A DNA stretch of 64,000 bases from IMG/VR virus record IMGVR_UViG_3300047159_000040, positions 1 through 64,000 of that record; one strand, written 5' to 3'. The DNA comes from a virus. Lineage: Duplodnaviria; Caudoviricetes. The notes beneath the pieces are model-generated. The model saw only the letters and a list, made by a program, of their open reading frames with translations. It was not told the origin of the DNA and did not search any database. Made by a program: the position numbers and the translations under genes. How positions within the stretch are numbered: the stretch's first letter is position 1; the number at the start of each line of letters is the position of its first letter. Below are positions 9,560 to 20,662 of the stretch, piece after piece.

Positions 9560-10373
9560 AGATCATCAAGTCCAGATACAGCTCTTGCTTCTCTTCTTCG
9601 CTGAGCCATCCCGGTATGCCGCAAGCCGTCTGATACGCTTCCATCGGATCGTCGTCTATCGTGAAGATGGCTCTTCTATAATCAGCGAGCCTCCCATTCG
9701 ATCCTGGAACTATCGGCCTTGGCATCGCCGCGTAGTACAGCCCAGACTGATATCCGGTTTTGAATTTGCTTTCCAGCGTGACGTATTCGTATCCCGGATC
9801 CCTGGATTCAGGTGCATAGAACTTTCTATCAGGATCGGCGTATGTGGCTTCTGGATGCTTGAGGCAGAACGAATACATGAGATGGCTGCACCCTTTCTTC
9901 AATGGAGTCCCGGGAGTCTTCGGCCAACATAAGACTATGTCTTTTAGGATTTCTTTCTTAACCAAAGCGAAATACGTGCGTTTGTTTGACGATATCGAGA
10001 TCCATCCATCAGGAGGAAGATGATGCAAGTCGATTCCGGTCAGCCTCTTTATGGCCATCAAGCCTTTGCCTGGTATTCTGTAATAGTCATCGTTCCTGTC
10101 GTCGTATCCCACTGGATTTATCCCAGCGATGCGATCATTGTATCTGAAAACCTCGACGGCTTTCTTGAAATGGACTGAATCTGTATCTCGCATGCGCCTA
10201 AGCGTCTGAGGAGAAGCGAATGCCTTGATGAACTCCATCTCATCTGAGCTGAGCATCCCAAGGCTGCTGTAATCCTCGTTTCTATTGTATATGACGTACG
10301 CTACTGGGCGAGACGGGCCTTCGAGGAGATAAGACGCAAGGCTTATGGAATTTATTTTTTTATTCCTCGGCAT
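9558..10373 (-). CDS. hypothetical protein
   Basis: 271-aa ORF 3 nt downstream of 10377..11030; ends QELYLDLMI. Confidence 0.8.
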   Translation of the reverse strand: MPRNKKINSISLASYLLEGPSRPVAYVIYNRNEDYSSLGMLSSDEMEFIKAFASPQTLRRMRDTDSVHFKKAVEVFRYNDRIAGINPVGYDDRNDDYYRIPGKGLMAIKRLTGIDLHHLPPDGWISISSNKRTYFALVKKEILKDIVLCWPKTPGTPLKKGCSHLMYSFCLKHPEATYADPDRKFYAPESRDPGYEYVTLESKFKTGYQSGLYYAAMPRPIVPGSNGRLADYRRAIFTIDDDPMEAYQTACGIPGWLSEEEKQELYLDLMI

Positions 10374-10376
10374 GGA

Positions 10377-11030
10377 TCACAGCCTGATATTGAGCAAAGC
10401 GCTGTCGAATTCTTCTTTGCTGGCTATTCCTTTCGACGTGTTGATGGCTTCGAGTATGTCTTCGTTGCTCAATCCGGAGGCCAATGCGAAGTCCCTTTCG
10501 TTTATCGGAGTCGGATATCGGTATATGAGGTCTCTCGTTCTCTTTCCGTAATACAAAGACATTGGGTCTATCCTTATGTCCCCGACGTACTTTCCTCCTG
10601 ACTTGGCGTTGCGATTTTGGCTAGAGCGGCCTGTTCTTGAAAAGAAGAAGCGGCTGTCTTTGGTCTCCATGGTGAAATACAGGCAATCGATGCATCTCTT
10701 TGAGACGAATATGTGCAGCTCGCTTCCGGAATGGTCGCTTTCGATGTCTATCTCGGCATATCCTTTATTAAGATATCCGTTGGTAGGTATGTCAGTTCCG
10801 TCGTCTGGGTAATACGTGAATATCTTCTTCTCGGAATCGGCGTTGGAGAAAACAGTCTTTATCGAACTGTTGAAATTGCCGCGGCTGATGTCATCGAAAT
10901 AAGGCTGCAGCCAATATACGAAGACAAGGCCGTATCTCGCTTTGTCGCGCTGATGAAAATCAACGAACGAGATCGCGTCTGCGTCTTTGGTTATGCTGGC
11001 TAGGTATATGCTTTCGTTTTCGTTTTCCAT
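10377..11030 (-). CDS. hypothetical protein
   Basis: 217-aa ORF directly behind a sigma70 promoter; ends EFDSALLNIRL. Confidence 0.8.
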   Translation of the reverse strand: MENENESIYLASITKDADAISFVDFHQRDKARYGLVFVYWLQPYFDDISRGNFNSSIKTVFSNADSEKKIFTYYPDDGTDIPTNGYLNKGYAEIDIESDHSGSELHIFVSKRCIDCLYFTMETKDSRFFFSRTGRSSQNRNAKSGGKYVGDIRIDPMSLYYGKRTRDLIYRYPTPINERDFALASGLSNEDILEAINTSKGIASKEEFDSALLNIRL

Positions 11031-11036
11031 GGAAAC

Positions 11037-11065
11037 AATATAACATCACCGATATCTGTTTGCAA
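11037..11065 (-). promoter_or_regulatory. sigma70 promoter with extended -10 (near-leaderless transcript)
   Basis: TTGCAA, 17-nt spacer, TATATT preceded by TGt. The ATG lies 6 nt after the -10 box. Confidence 0.6.
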
Positions 11066-11097
11066 GCAAAGAAAAGCCCAAGCGTCTGCTTGGGCCA

Positions 11098-13539
11098 TCA
11101 ATATCCTTTGCGCATCCAGTTGACGGAGCTTGTCTTGATCTTGATGAGATTGGACTGCTTGGTCGATGACAGGAACTCGGCATTGGTCTTCATGCGGTCC
11201 GAGTCATAGGAGTTCCAGAGCCCATTGCTGACCGCCCCGTTGTCCTGGCCGCTTACCCTGTTGATCATCTGCTTCCAGTAATCGCTCAAGGCAGCTTCGC
11301 TGTCGTCTTTGGCCAAGGCATGAAGCCCGGCCATGCCATCGAGGAACACGGTGTATGACGGATTGGCCGACAGATATGAAAGCCTCTTCGTCATGGCAAG
11401 ATACGGATAGAGATCGTAGATGGTGAACGTTCCGGAGATCGCTCTGGGAAGTCCGTCTTTGGTAAACAGGCCCTGATCTCCTCCTCTGGTCCAGCTCATA
11501 TCGGATATGAGAGCGAGATCGCTGGTGATCAGCCCTGGGATGTCGGCTCTGACGAAGAACGGCGAGACATAGCCATTGGAGTCTGCCTGCCGAGGAAGCG
11601 TGAAGCACAGCAATGCGGCGAATGGAACGTAGACGTATTGGAATATGCTGAGAGGATCTCCATACGGAGAGACGAAGTTGAAGTTCATGTTGATGGCTTT
11701 GCTGTAGCTGGAGTCCCTCCAAAGCTCAGGGAACATGACTCTCATGCCATTGGTGGTCGCGAAGGATTGGATGTAAGCTCCGAAGTCTTCCTGGGTATTG
11801 AGCTTGACGACGTCTTTGGCGGCGCCAATCGCGGCTTTGACGAGCCTGACGATTGTGTTGCCGCTAGAATTGAATCCGGCTTTCATGTTCGTGAACGTGT
11901 CTGAAAGGAAGTTCTGCATCCCGACTGCGGTCTGATAGGTATTGGCCAGGGTTCGGCTTGCGTTCTTGACCGATCCTCCGGTTCCCATCCCAGTAAGATA
12001 GTTTATCTTCTGATAGGCGTCGCTGTTAGCGTTGGCGGTGCTGGCAAGCTCAGATCCAGTATCGGTCTGAGAGTTGGAAACCGATTCGGTTATGCCTCCG
12101 TTCGGATTGACGTAGAATCCGATTGAGGAGCTGTATTTTGATAAGAGCGTCTTATATCCGTCCGGAGACATGCCTGAGTCTGACTTGATGCCGAAGAACG
12201 ACATGATGTCTATCTCATTGTCTCCTTTGGATCCAAGACCCATCTTTATCCAAAGCGTGTTGAGCATGGTCTCAAGATATGCGAAGTAATCCTCGTACTT
12301 GGCTTCGAAGACGTAATATCTCTTGTCTTTTGACGCAAATCCCGAATCAAGGCCGTTCCTAGAAAGATAGGCAAGCATCTCATCGCCGTCGGACAGGGTT
12401 GTCGCCTGCCCATTGGTGGTTCCGATCTGGGTGTAAGCCGATCCGTTGTATTTTGGCATTCCCGGAGTGAGCGAAAGGAATCTCGCGTCTCTTAGGAACG
12501 TCTCGGCCATGGCTCTGTTTCCAGGGTCGGCCAATGAGTTGAACAGAGGCGGGACGCCGAGCATCATCGAGCCATACATGCTCGATCTGTCGGTGCCTGG
12601 GTCAAGCGGCGTGCTGCTGAGGACTGATACCTTGTATATCCTTCCGCTTCCTGACTTGAATGTGTTGAGGAACGAAGTCGACGATTGGTACCAAGACGAT
12701 TCCTGGACTTCTCCGAATGGCATCTCATCGACGCCGTTCTGATACTTTACCAGCGCGGCGGAGAACACCTTCAGCCCCGATTGGATCGCAGCCCCGAAGT
12801 TTGTCCCTGTTCCGATGTACGACGCCCATTCGCTGATGACTCCTGAGATGCTTCCGGCTACTGTGTTGGTCATATCGGCGGTGTAGTTGGCGACCGTGGC
12901 CGCAGCGTTGACGACGCTGTTGATGTCTTTGAGGGCTCTGCCTATCAAGGCATTGCTTCCGTTGTTGCCTGAGACCGAGAAATAAGTCGATATGAAGTTA
13001 GACACGGCTGTCGGAGCCTTTGAGAAGAAGCTCAGGACTGAGTCTTTCTCCGAAGCGAATGTCTTTTCTATCCAATCCTCTCCGGTGTCCATGGCCTTGA
13101 TGAGATTCATGATTATGTCGTCCGTCGTCTGCTTGGCGGTGCTGATCCAGCTCGATTCCTGCTCCGGGACGTCCTGGTAATAGACGTTGGACTGGACGTT
13201 GACGCCTGACACCGAGCTCGTCATCTCGGTGTTGGACAGCACCATGTATGAGATGACTTCGTCTTTGACCGGGGTGACGCCGGAGTAGATCCTCGTCCCG
13301 AGAGATCCGTCGTAATTCATGAATATCGTGCCAGACGCGTCTCCGGATTCCTTGCCTATGACATAGAACGAATCGTTGTATGTCGTGATCATCAGATCGC
13401 TGGCGGGGCCAACGTCCACGCCGTTCACTTTGACGCGCTCGTTGGAATCAACCGTGGCGGCATAGCACTTGGCATAGCTGCTCCACGAATTCTTGACTCC
13501 GCTGTTAGCCTTCACGACCCAATCCGCTGACATTGCCAT
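11098..13539 (-). CDS. putative virion structural protein (baseplate/tail-associated)
   Basis: 813-aa ORF downstream of the tape-measure-like gene, with a late motif at 13542-13554. The C-terminal beta-rich domain (FNFVSPYGDPLSIF...ISDMSWTRGG...GLPRAISGTFTIYDL) is reminiscent of jumbo-phage baseplate proteins; the function is inferred. Confidence 0.55.
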   Translation of the reverse strand: MAMSADWVVKANSGVKNSWSSYAKCYAATVDSNERVKVNGVDVGPASDLMITTYNDSFYVIGKESGDASGTIFMNYDGSLGTRIYSGVTPVKDEVISYMVLSNTEMTSSVSGVNVQSNVYYQDVPEQESSWISTAKQTTDDIIMNLIKAMDTGEDWIEKTFASEKDSVLSFFSKAPTAVSNFISTYFSVSGNNGSNALIGRALKDINSVVNAAATVANYTADMTNTVAGSISGVISEWASYIGTGTNFGAAIQSGLKVFSAALVKYQNGVDEMPFGEVQESSWYQSSTSFLNTFKSGSGRIYKVSVLSSTPLDPGTDRSSMYGSMMLGVPPLFNSLADPGNRAMAETFLRDARFLSLTPGMPKYNGSAYTQIGTTNGQATTLSDGDEMLAYLSRNGLDSGFASKDKRYYVFEAKYEDYFAYLETMLNTLWIKMGLGSKGDNEIDIMSFFGIKSDSGMSPDGYKTLLSKYSSSIGFYVNPNGGITESVSNSQTDTGSELASTANANSDAYQKINYLTGMGTGGSVKNASRTLANTYQTAVGMQNFLSDTFTNMKAGFNSSGNTIVRLVKAAIGAAKDVVKLNTQEDFGAYIQSFATTNGMRVMFPELWRDSSYSKAINMNFNFVSPYGDPLSIFQYVYVPFAALLCFTLPRQADSNGYVSPFFVRADIPGLITSDLALISDMSWTRGGDQGLFTKDGLPRAISGTFTIYDLYPYLAMTKRLSYLSANPSYTVFLDGMAGLHALAKDDSEAALSDYWKQMINRVSGQDNGAVSNGLWNSYDSDRMKTNAEFLSSTKQSNLIKIKTSSVNWMRKGY

Positions 13540-13570
13540 ATATAATGTGTTGATCCTGACGATTTATTTT

Positions 13571-16500
13571 TTATTTTCCTTGGAGGATTGAGTCCAGCGA
13601 CGAAGGGAATCCTCCGGACGAAGATGACGACGACTGAGACCCAGATGACTTGATCGCGCTTGCCGTAGCGGCCGTGTTGGATGCCACTGAGGACATGATC
13701 TGCGTCCCCGATGTCATGATGCTCTCAAGGGATCCGAGCTTCTCGAGCATGCCGGCCATGATCCCGATGACGGATACCTTGGTACCATTGTAGTCGATTT
13801 CGTCGGCGAACGAAGGATTGACGGAATAGACCTTGATGGCCTTCCCGCTTCCGTCGTCCCTGACGTCGGATAGCTGTTTGCTGTATGTGACGAGGTTTCC
13901 GACAATAGACACTCCCATAGCCGAGTTGCGCTCCGAAGAGCCCATCGTCGTGCGATTGGACACTCCGCCGTCATCAGACGCGTCTCCGGTTCCGCCGTTG
14001 GCGTACTTCTGAACTCCTCTGATCTGCGGAATAGGCTTGACTTTGAATTTGCGCTTAGCCCAGTCGATGGAAACCATCTCCTGATTCTGGGATCCGTCTT
14101 CGGAATCTCCGGCGATGAAGTTGCTTGACGCATGGCCGGTTCCGCCTTTGGCGTAGCGCTGCACCTTGATGTCATCACCGACTTTGTTCATCTTGTCCTG
14201 GATTACTCCGATGGCGGTGTCGATCACGGTCTGGATGCCCAATGTCGCAGCAGCTCCAGCCGAAGCCGCGTTGAATGTCAAGCCGGCTTCCTGCAACCCT
14301 GCGAACATGACGGGAAGCGACGTGCTGAGATACGAATAGATCGAGCTTTGCATGTTGGCCATAAGCTGCAGCCTGGCATCAAGGTCGTCTGATATGTATT
14401 CCGTGAATCCGTTGGTGATGAACACGGCGAGGGCGTCGTTTTGATGCGGCTTGTTTGTGTTTCCGTTGACGTTGTATCCTAGCACTCCCTTGAATCCCAG
14501 CTTCTTGGCGGCATGGTTGAAATAGAATCCGCCCGCTTGCTTCTTGTGGGTTTTGGTGTCTTTCTGATACTGCTCGAATTCTTTGTCGGATTCGCTGTCT
14601 TTGTCAGCCTCTGATTTGGCGCCTTCCAAGCTCATGCCTGATATGGCATGCGCTTCCATCTTGTCGGTGAGTTCCTTAAGCTTATCGGGGCTTAATGCAG
14701 TGTCGTATTTCGTGGCTCCGATGACTTGATACCCGCCTAAGATCCAGACTGGAGTAGCATCGAAGGATCCGTCCATCACGGCGGTTCCAACCCCGCCTTT
14801 GACATCAACATGGATGACTCTCGGAGATTCATCGGTCCCGTTTCCTTTTGCCGATCCGCTGCTGACAGCGAGAAGCTTGTTGCCTTTATCCTCATGGTAT
14901 TTCGTCATCGAGGCGTTTCTGGCCTTTTCCCTGGCATCTCTCGCCTCTTTGCGGCTGGCCCCTTTCTTTCTCGACTCTTTGTATGCGGCGTCTCCGAGCT
15001 CTTTCGCTTGCTCGACGGCGGCGTCATACAGGTTGGCATACGTCTTAGCGACGTTGTCGGATCTTATCATATTGAGGTTGTCTTTCTGCTTGGCGCCTCT
15101 GGTCTTAAGGCCGAGGAACATCCTCAGGCTGTCATCCCATGAATTCTGCCCGCCATTGGCTTCGGATCTCTTGGCCTTCTTCTTGGCCGCTATCTTCTCC
15201 TTCTCGGTCATTCCCGCCCACTCGGCATCGGAATATCCGTCGGGCTTGTCGGCGGCTATTCTCTTGAGCGCTTTGTCTTTGTCGGAGACGAGCTTTCCGG
15301 CTACGCCTTGGCCAACGACATAAACGGCCATCGCGTAATTTATGGCATCGGCGTCCGGCTTTCCGTTGTCATCGAGGTGGATGACTGCGTCGTTTGACGT
15401 CCCTGACGCGGCTCCGACTCCACCGGCGTCTTTGAGCGAGGAGAATCCTCCTTTGCTCGATATCCCCGTTATCGACTTATACGCGCTGAGCTGATCGGAC
15501 GCGGCCCTTCCGGCAGTTCTGTTGAAGGTCGGAAGGCGCATCAATCCGCCAGGGCCGGCCCTTCGCATACCGAATTTGCTTCTTTCTTCGGCGCCTTCAA
15601 GCGTGCGGCCTCTTCTCTTGTCGGCGGCCATCGCCCTTAGGATCTCCACCTCAAGGCGCTTGTCGTTGTCTTGGTATCTGGTCCAGTCGACTCCGTATCT
15701 GTCGGCTACGTTGCGAAGCTCTTCCGTGTTCATCCCAGCCAGGACGGAGTTGTCGCTGTTCTGGAGGTTGCGCATCGCCTTGTATCTTCCGAAGAACCAT
15801 CCGCCTTTGGTTCCGGCCAAGCTCTCGAAGTCAGTCCCGAACGTGGCTGATCTCTTGGTCAGCTGGCGCTCGCGCTCCTTCATCCTCTTCTGGGCCTGAC
15901 GGGCCTCCTCGCGCTTCTTCTTTAGCTCGGCCTGGCTCATCGTGTCTTTACCTGCGATGAACGAGAATGACGTCAGCTCAAGGATTTTATTAATATTATC
16001 CCCGACTGCTCCGGCGACTCTCGACGATATGCCGCCTCTGGTCTTTCCTTCGATGGTGGCTACGTAAAGAATGACCTGGTTGCAGATCATGTCGATGATG
16101 TCCGGGCGCCTGGTTCCCTCAGGGAAGTCGATTCCGACTCCCAATGCGGTGTTGGCAAGCTCGACGTTGTTCTGGCCGTTCAGCAGCTGGACCAATTCCC
16201 TGCGAAGCCTTCCGTACTGCCCGGCGATTCCTCGCGGCAGCTTGAATCCCGGCTCCTTGGCCTTGATCGCTTTGACGACTTGGGACGCGCTCTTGGCGTT
16301 GGTGACGGCCGCGTAGGTGTCCTGCATCGTGTTGAGGTTGACGTATCTTGAGTTGCGGCGCTCGGCGTTCTTCTGGGCGGCGTCGATCTGCTTGGTCAGG
16401 CTGGTCTGGACGGTCTTGGCTTTGCCTTCGAGGGCATTGAGCTCATTGGCCGGAAGCCTGATGATCAGCGTCTCGACGAGCTGCTCGTTGAGCATCTCGA

Positions 16501-16771
16501 CGTAGTCTTTCGAGTTCTGCTGAGGCAGCCTGCTGGCGTCTCCGTATTGGCTGATGATGTTCTGTTTGTCCCCGGTTGGCCAGGTGGACACGAGCGAATA
16601 AAGGCTTGCCCTGAGCTTGCCTAATTGGAGATCGTTGAATCTGTTCTGCCGATAAGCGCCCCTGGAGATCTCCGTCTCCAGCATCCTTCCGACATAGGAC
16701 TTTATCTCTGGGTTGCCGGTTCCGACGGAGCCTGTGCCCAAAGGCGTCGTGTTATCGCTTATTCCTGGCAT
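13571..16771 (-). CDS. tape-measure-like / tail-associated protein
   Basis: 1066 aa, helical and K/A/R-rich, with YAKGGTG..FIAGDS..QEMV and YANGGTG motifs typical of tape-measure C-terminal regions. Late motif at 16798-16810. Confidence 0.55.
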   Translation of the reverse strand: MPGISDNTTPLGTGSVGTGNPEIKSYVGRMLETEISRGAYRQNRFNDLQLGKLRASLYSLVSTWPTGDKQNIISQYGDASRLPQQNSKDYVEMLNEQLVETLIIRLPANELNALEGKAKTVQTSLTKQIDAAQKNAERRNSRYVNLNTMQDTYAAVTNAKSASQVVKAIKAKEPGFKLPRGIAGQYGRLRRELVQLLNGQNNVELANTALGVGIDFPEGTRRPDIIDMICNQVILYVATIEGKTRGGISSRVAGAVGDNINKILELTSFSFIAGKDTMSQAELKKKREEARQAQKRMKERERQLTKRSATFGTDFESLAGTKGGWFFGRYKAMRNLQNSDNSVLAGMNTEELRNVADRYGVDWTRYQDNDKRLEVEILRAMAADKRRGRTLEGAEERSKFGMRRAGPGGLMRLPTFNRTAGRAASDQLSAYKSITGISSKGGFSSLKDAGGVGAASGTSNDAVIHLDDNGKPDADAINYAMAVYVVGQGVAGKLVSDKDKALKRIAADKPDGYSDAEWAGMTEKEKIAAKKKAKRSEANGGQNSWDDSLRMFLGLKTRGAKQKDNLNMIRSDNVAKTYANLYDAAVEQAKELGDAAYKESRKKGASRKEARDAREKARNASMTKYHEDKGNKLLAVSSGSAKGNGTDESPRVIHVDVKGGVGTAVMDGSFDATPVWILGGYQVIGATKYDTALSPDKLKELTDKMEAHAISGMSLEGAKSEADKDSESDKEFEQYQKDTKTHKKQAGGFYFNHAAKKLGFKGVLGYNVNGNTNKPHQNDALAVFITNGFTEYISDDLDARLQLMANMQSSIYSYLSTSLPVMFAGLQEAGLTFNAASAGAAATLGIQTVIDTAIGVIQDKMNKVGDDIKVQRYAKGGTGHASSNFIAGDSEDGSQNQEMVSIDWAKRKFKVKPIPQIRGVQKYANGGTGDASDDGGVSNRTTMGSSERNSAMGVSIVGNLVTYSKQLSDVRDDGSGKAIKVYSVNPSFADEIDYNGTKVSVIGIMAGMLEKLGSLESIMTSGTQIMSSVASNTAATASAIKSSGSQSSSSSSGGFPSSLDSILQGK

Positions 16772-16842
16772 TGATTTTCCTCAGACAATATCTCGTCATA
16801 ATCGATTGTTCGGGATGCCTTCTCTTTGCCGGAAATAAAAAA

Positions 16843-16871
16843 ATATCCTCGGATGCGCTCCGAGGATATTC
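16843..16871 (-). terminator. intrinsic terminator
   Basis: AATATCCTCGGA-tgcgc-TCCGAGGATATT hairpin followed by a T-run on the minus strand. Confidence 0.7.
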
Positions 16872-16880
16872 TTTGACGAT

Positions 16881-17294
16881 CTACTCGGCTTTCTTGGCTT
16901 CGACCGGCTCGGCGGCGACTTTGTCTTCCTTGGATTCTTTCTTCAAGGATTCTTCCTTGTCATGCGCTTCCTGGGCGGCTTTCATGTCATACTCGAGCTC
17001 GGCTTTGGCTTTGGCCTCGTTCTTCTGCGAGAGCCGCTCGGCCGACTGAAGCATCTGGAAGATGGTGTTGGCGAATTGGGCCTTAGCCTCCGCCGGGACG
17101 GAATCGGCATTGAACCCTTTGATGATGTCGGAGACGAAGTCGCGCATCGTGACGGAATCGGCGTCGGCGTACCACTTCCAAAGAAGGGAAACGGTACGGC
17201 GCCTCTGCTCGGCATTCATGGCAATATGAGACTTGCCATCCGGAGACAGCTCCGCGTTTTTGGTGATGAAATCGAACATGTCGTCGTAATCCAT
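16881..17294 (-). CDS. hypothetical protein
   Basis: 137-aa ORF with RBS GGAGG upstream and a charged C-terminus. Confidence 0.8.
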   Translation of the reverse strand: MDYDDMFDFITKNAELSPDGKSHIAMNAEQRRRTVSLLWKWYADADSVTMRDFVSDIIKGFNADSVPAEAKAQFANTIFQMLQSAERLSQKNEAKAKAELEYDMKAAQEAHDKEESLKKESKEDKVAAEPVEAKKAE

Positions 17295-17339
17295 AGAGAT
17301 AGTCCTCCTATCTAAGAAGGATTATATCATACAAGAAGG

Positions 17340-19117
17340 CTAATGGATAGTCAGAGTTAGCGTGGTTCCGCTAAGAGACCCAGTCATATTAGCGGTATCG
17401 GCAGTTGCTACAGATATTCCGTTTTGTTTAAGATTTCCTAAGAAATTCCAGATATATGTAGAGTCACTGTACCAAGTTCCATCTGCGTTACATGGAGAAA
17501 AATATAGGCCATCTACTCCGTTTACGCATCCAATTCCACAATATTTTTCGCCTTGGTTATTAAGCATGATCTCAGCATTGTTATATGAATTAGATTGGGC
17601 GCTATTGAAAATTGGAGCAGCATTAAATTTTTGAGATGCTGTCCACGTTTGTGCGATTCCTAGCATGGCCAGGGTTTGCGACCACCCTAGATTAGCGTTT
17701 TGCGTGTTATAGCAAGAAACAACTGCCTTAGCGGTATCTCCAGCAGTACTTAAGCTCAATAGTCCAAGTTTGTCTTGGACTTTTATCCCAAATGAAGGGC
17801 CATAAGTAAGAATGTTAGAGGATTCACTAGCTTCAACTGAATTCCACAGGGCTTCTATCTTAGGACTGAAATCAGTACCAGATGGAAATAGCGATAGTAG
17901 ATTAGCGTTTGTCGATAGATCTCCAGCAAGACTGCCGAGCAGCGAAGTAAGTTCTTTTTCATGAACTACTTCTCCTTCGTACGGCTGATAGGGAAGGGGA
18001 TGGGAACCCTCGTTCAGCATAATGCTGGTAATTGATGCCCCATCTTTAAACCATAATCCTATCGATTTTGTCCCGCTCGGGATGATGAACGATGCTTGAT
18101 TCAATCCTGCGACTAATGGTAGCGACCCAGTGATTGAAGTAGTCGACCCTCCGCTCGGAGTGTAATTGACATGATAATCACCGGAAATGCTTGAATAGAA
18201 TGAGATTGAATGCTGGCCTGAAATAGTGGTCGATGGGATCAAAGTCATTTCTCCTCCGGCCTTTTCAACTTCATTGTCAGACTCCTTTGGCGAAAGGTTC
18301 GCGCTTCTGTCCGCCTCACTCTTCGCATACTCGAGTGCGTATGGCTGAATGCGAGCGAAATGAAGTGGATCATAAGTCTCAGTGGAAGATGACTTTGCTC
18401 GAATTTGTGCAAAGTAATTCCCTGAGAAAAGGAAATTCTTTATGTCGTCAATGGTAGCGGATGCTCCTGGATAGTAGATTTCAATCCAGTTTGAGTAGGA
18501 AGCGATGCTTCTATTGCTACCGGTTCCATAGTAAACGCTGGCTCTATTGCCTGATTGCCCATAATTCGAAATAACGGTATAGGTGTCGTAATACTTCCGA
18601 GGTGGAGCATATTCTTGACGAACTCATCGCTCGCGGTGGTGCGCTCGGAGGCGAGATCATCCACGTCCGGGACGTCCTTCCCGTTCTTTTGCAATCCGCC
18701 AGTGAAATTCTGCGCGGCTGCCCACGTATTCGGATTGGACAGATTGATCCCGATGGTTCCGGTGTCGGTGATCGTCCCTCCGGTGAGAGTGGCATCCGTG
18801 CTTATCGAAGATATCGAATGCTTGACGAACGCGTATCCGTCGTCATCGATGTACACCGGTGCTGTCGCATCGTCGCTCATGTCGTATTTCGTCTTTATCC
18901 CGCCCAGCTGCGAGACGCTGGCAGGCGCCAGTTTGTATTCGCCATCCTCCTGATAGAACCCCTCTCCGAGATTCTCCCTGATGATGTAGATGCCGTCGCT
19001 GTCCCAGGTATATGTCGTTCCATTGTATGTCACAGAGCCCGTCTTGGCCCCGTCTTTGTACAATGCGTCATATTCTTCTTTGGTGACGACGTAAATGCGC
19101 TTCTTGCCAGTTTCCAT
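17340..19117 (-). CDS. tail fibre / receptor-binding protein B (one gene split by a frameshift at ~18594)
   Basis: ORF 19117..18440 has the fibre-anchor N-terminus shared with the 27468 gene and QLGGIKT. After NMLHLG a shifted frame reads YYDTYTVISNY...TETYDPLHFARIQPYALEYAKSEADRSAN and runs in frame into ORF 18248..17340. Confidence 0.75.
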
Positions 19118-19138
19118 GATTTTGCTCGAAAGCGTTCG

Positions 19139-20203
19139 CTAGCCTAAAGCAACTGCTTTCCTTGCCGCCTTCAGTGTCGGGTACAGATACATTCTCTTGA
19201 TCTTCTCGGAATCGGAATTGTCGGCTTCGCCTTTCATGGACATGAGACGCCTAGCTAGGCTTTTAGGTATCTTCGTCCCTTTCCTGATGAATCCCATCAC
19301 TCTGAGCGCAGTCCTTCTCAGGTATTTGAAATTGCGCTTTCGTATCCTGGTCCATCCCCGGCAGACCTGATAGCCAACGAAATCGATCCTCTCTCCGACG
19401 ATGGCCCCTGATTTGTCGTCATAGGCCACTCTGATGACTTCCTCATTGCCGTGGATTGAGACGTTGAGCTTTGATTTAAGCATCGATCCTATGACGGCCT
19501 TCGCCAGAAGAAGCTTGCGTCTGCTGCCGTCCAGGATCTCTATGTTGTCGCAGTATCTTATGAGATGCCTGACCCGCATGGTCTCTTTGAGGTAATGGTC
19601 GACGGAGTCCAGATAGAAATTGGCCAGTTCCTGCGATGGATAGCATCCGAGGGGAAGGCCTATCTGAGTCGTGTCGATGATCTCTCCGAGGATATCCAAT
19701 ACGCGTTTGTCTCTGAATACCTTGGCGAGCATCTTTTTGAGAATGGCGTGATCGATCGAATCGTAGAAATGCCTGACGTCCAATTGAATCGAGTATCTCG
19801 TTCCTTTGGGGTCTCCCCTGACCATGGATTGCAGCACGTTCTTGGCGTAGATGACGCCTTTGACTTTCTTGCCGGAGCAGCTGTAGGCGTATTCCCGTCT
19901 CTGGAGGTAAGGCTCTATGACGCGCATCACCATATGATGGAATATCTGATCGTAGACGAATGGGGGTATCAGTATGTTTCTTGTCTTCATGCTCGGAAAA
20001 TCGACGATGGTCTCTTTGGTGTAGATCCCAAGGGAGTATCTGTGAAGGACGATATCCGTATAAACCTGCCGCTTGTTCATGAATGCCATCTTGACCGTCT
20101 TCCGGCCTGTCTTGCCTTTGGCGGCCTCGTTCAGGGCTTTCACGAAATTGCTGTAGCGATAGATCTTCTCGTATATGCCTTCGCTTATTCCGTATGATCT
20201 CAT
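19139..20203 (-). CDS. DGR reverse transcriptase
   Basis: 354 aa. RT motifs LDVRHFYDSIDH, GLPLGCYPSQELANFYL (DGR-type LGxxxSQ), RYCDN (YxDD position) and IDFVGY. No maturase or endonuclease domain; a TR/VR pair is adjacent. Confidence 0.95.
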   Translation of the reverse strand: MRSYGISEGIYEKIYRYSNFVKALNEAAKGKTGRKTVKMAFMNKRQVYTDIVLHRYSLGIYTKETIVDFPSMKTRNILIPPFVYDQIFHHMVMRVIEPYLQRREYAYSCSGKKVKGVIYAKNVLQSMVRGDPKGTRYSIQLDVRHFYDSIDHAILKKMLAKVFRDKRVLDILGEIIDTTQIGLPLGCYPSQELANFYLDSVDHYLKETMRVRHLIRYCDNIEILDGSRRKLLLAKAVIGSMLKSKLNVSIHGNEEVIRVAYDDKSGAIVGERIDFVGYQVCRGWTRIRKRNFKYLRRTALRVMGFIRKGTKIPKSLARRLMSMKGEADNSDSEKIKRMYLYPTLKAARKAVALG

Positions 20204-20359
20204 ATTGATACCTTGCGCTTCTTTCTTTTTACCGTACGGGCGTTTGCGCTGTCGCTACTGGTCCGCTTGACTTGGCAATATCTTAGGGTATGTACCCAAG
20301 GAATGCAGCATCTGTAATTAATGATGATAGTCTTAGGCATGAAGCGAATCCTGCTAAAG

Positions 20360-20470
20360 AGAAATGGCGGGCGGAGATGTTGATGTTGCCGTTGCCCCAA
20401 CCGTTGTTCAGGTTGAAACAGCCGACTGGACCCGCGTTGCCCCTGTTGTCAGCGTTACCACCGGCGAGGA
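20360..20470 (-). repeat. DGR template repeat (TR)
   Basis: 111 nt, rich in AAC codons (reads LAGGNADNRGNAGPVGCFNLNNGWGNGNINISARHF). It matches the VR at 20685-20796 with all differences at TR adenines. Confidence 0.95.
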
Positions 20471-20634
20471 AGATAACTCGGAAAACGTCAGCGCCCAGGT
20501 GATGCATCCCTATGCTATATTAAGTCCAAACTGTCGGCATGCATTCTATTTCCTAACGTCATCATGCTACCAGACGTCTCGGAGATAATCAACAGGAATT
20601 TATTTTTTTATTTCCCGAAGACGCGGATTTACTA

Positions 20635-20662
20635 CAGCGAAAGGGGAGATCCCCCTTCGCTG
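20635..20662 (-). promoter_or_regulatory. GC-rich hairpin just downstream of the VR/IMH (DGR homing hairpin and/or terminator)
   Basis: CAGCGAAGGGGG-ATCT-CCCCTTTCGCTG, a 12-bp stem with one G-T pair and a 4-nt loop, ~10 nt after the target stop codon. Confidence 0.7.

Noticed and set aside
19139-20203. RT as a group II intron, retron or Abi RT
   Set aside because: There is no maturase/endonuclease domain or retron VTG motif. The LGxxxSQ motif and an adenine-specific TR/VR pair identify it as a DGR RT.
20200-20588. Short ORFs over the TR region as avd or other proteins
   Set aside because: They are translations of the TR and spacer (the TR mirrors the VR frame), are 66-74 aa, and have no RBS or Avd-like features.
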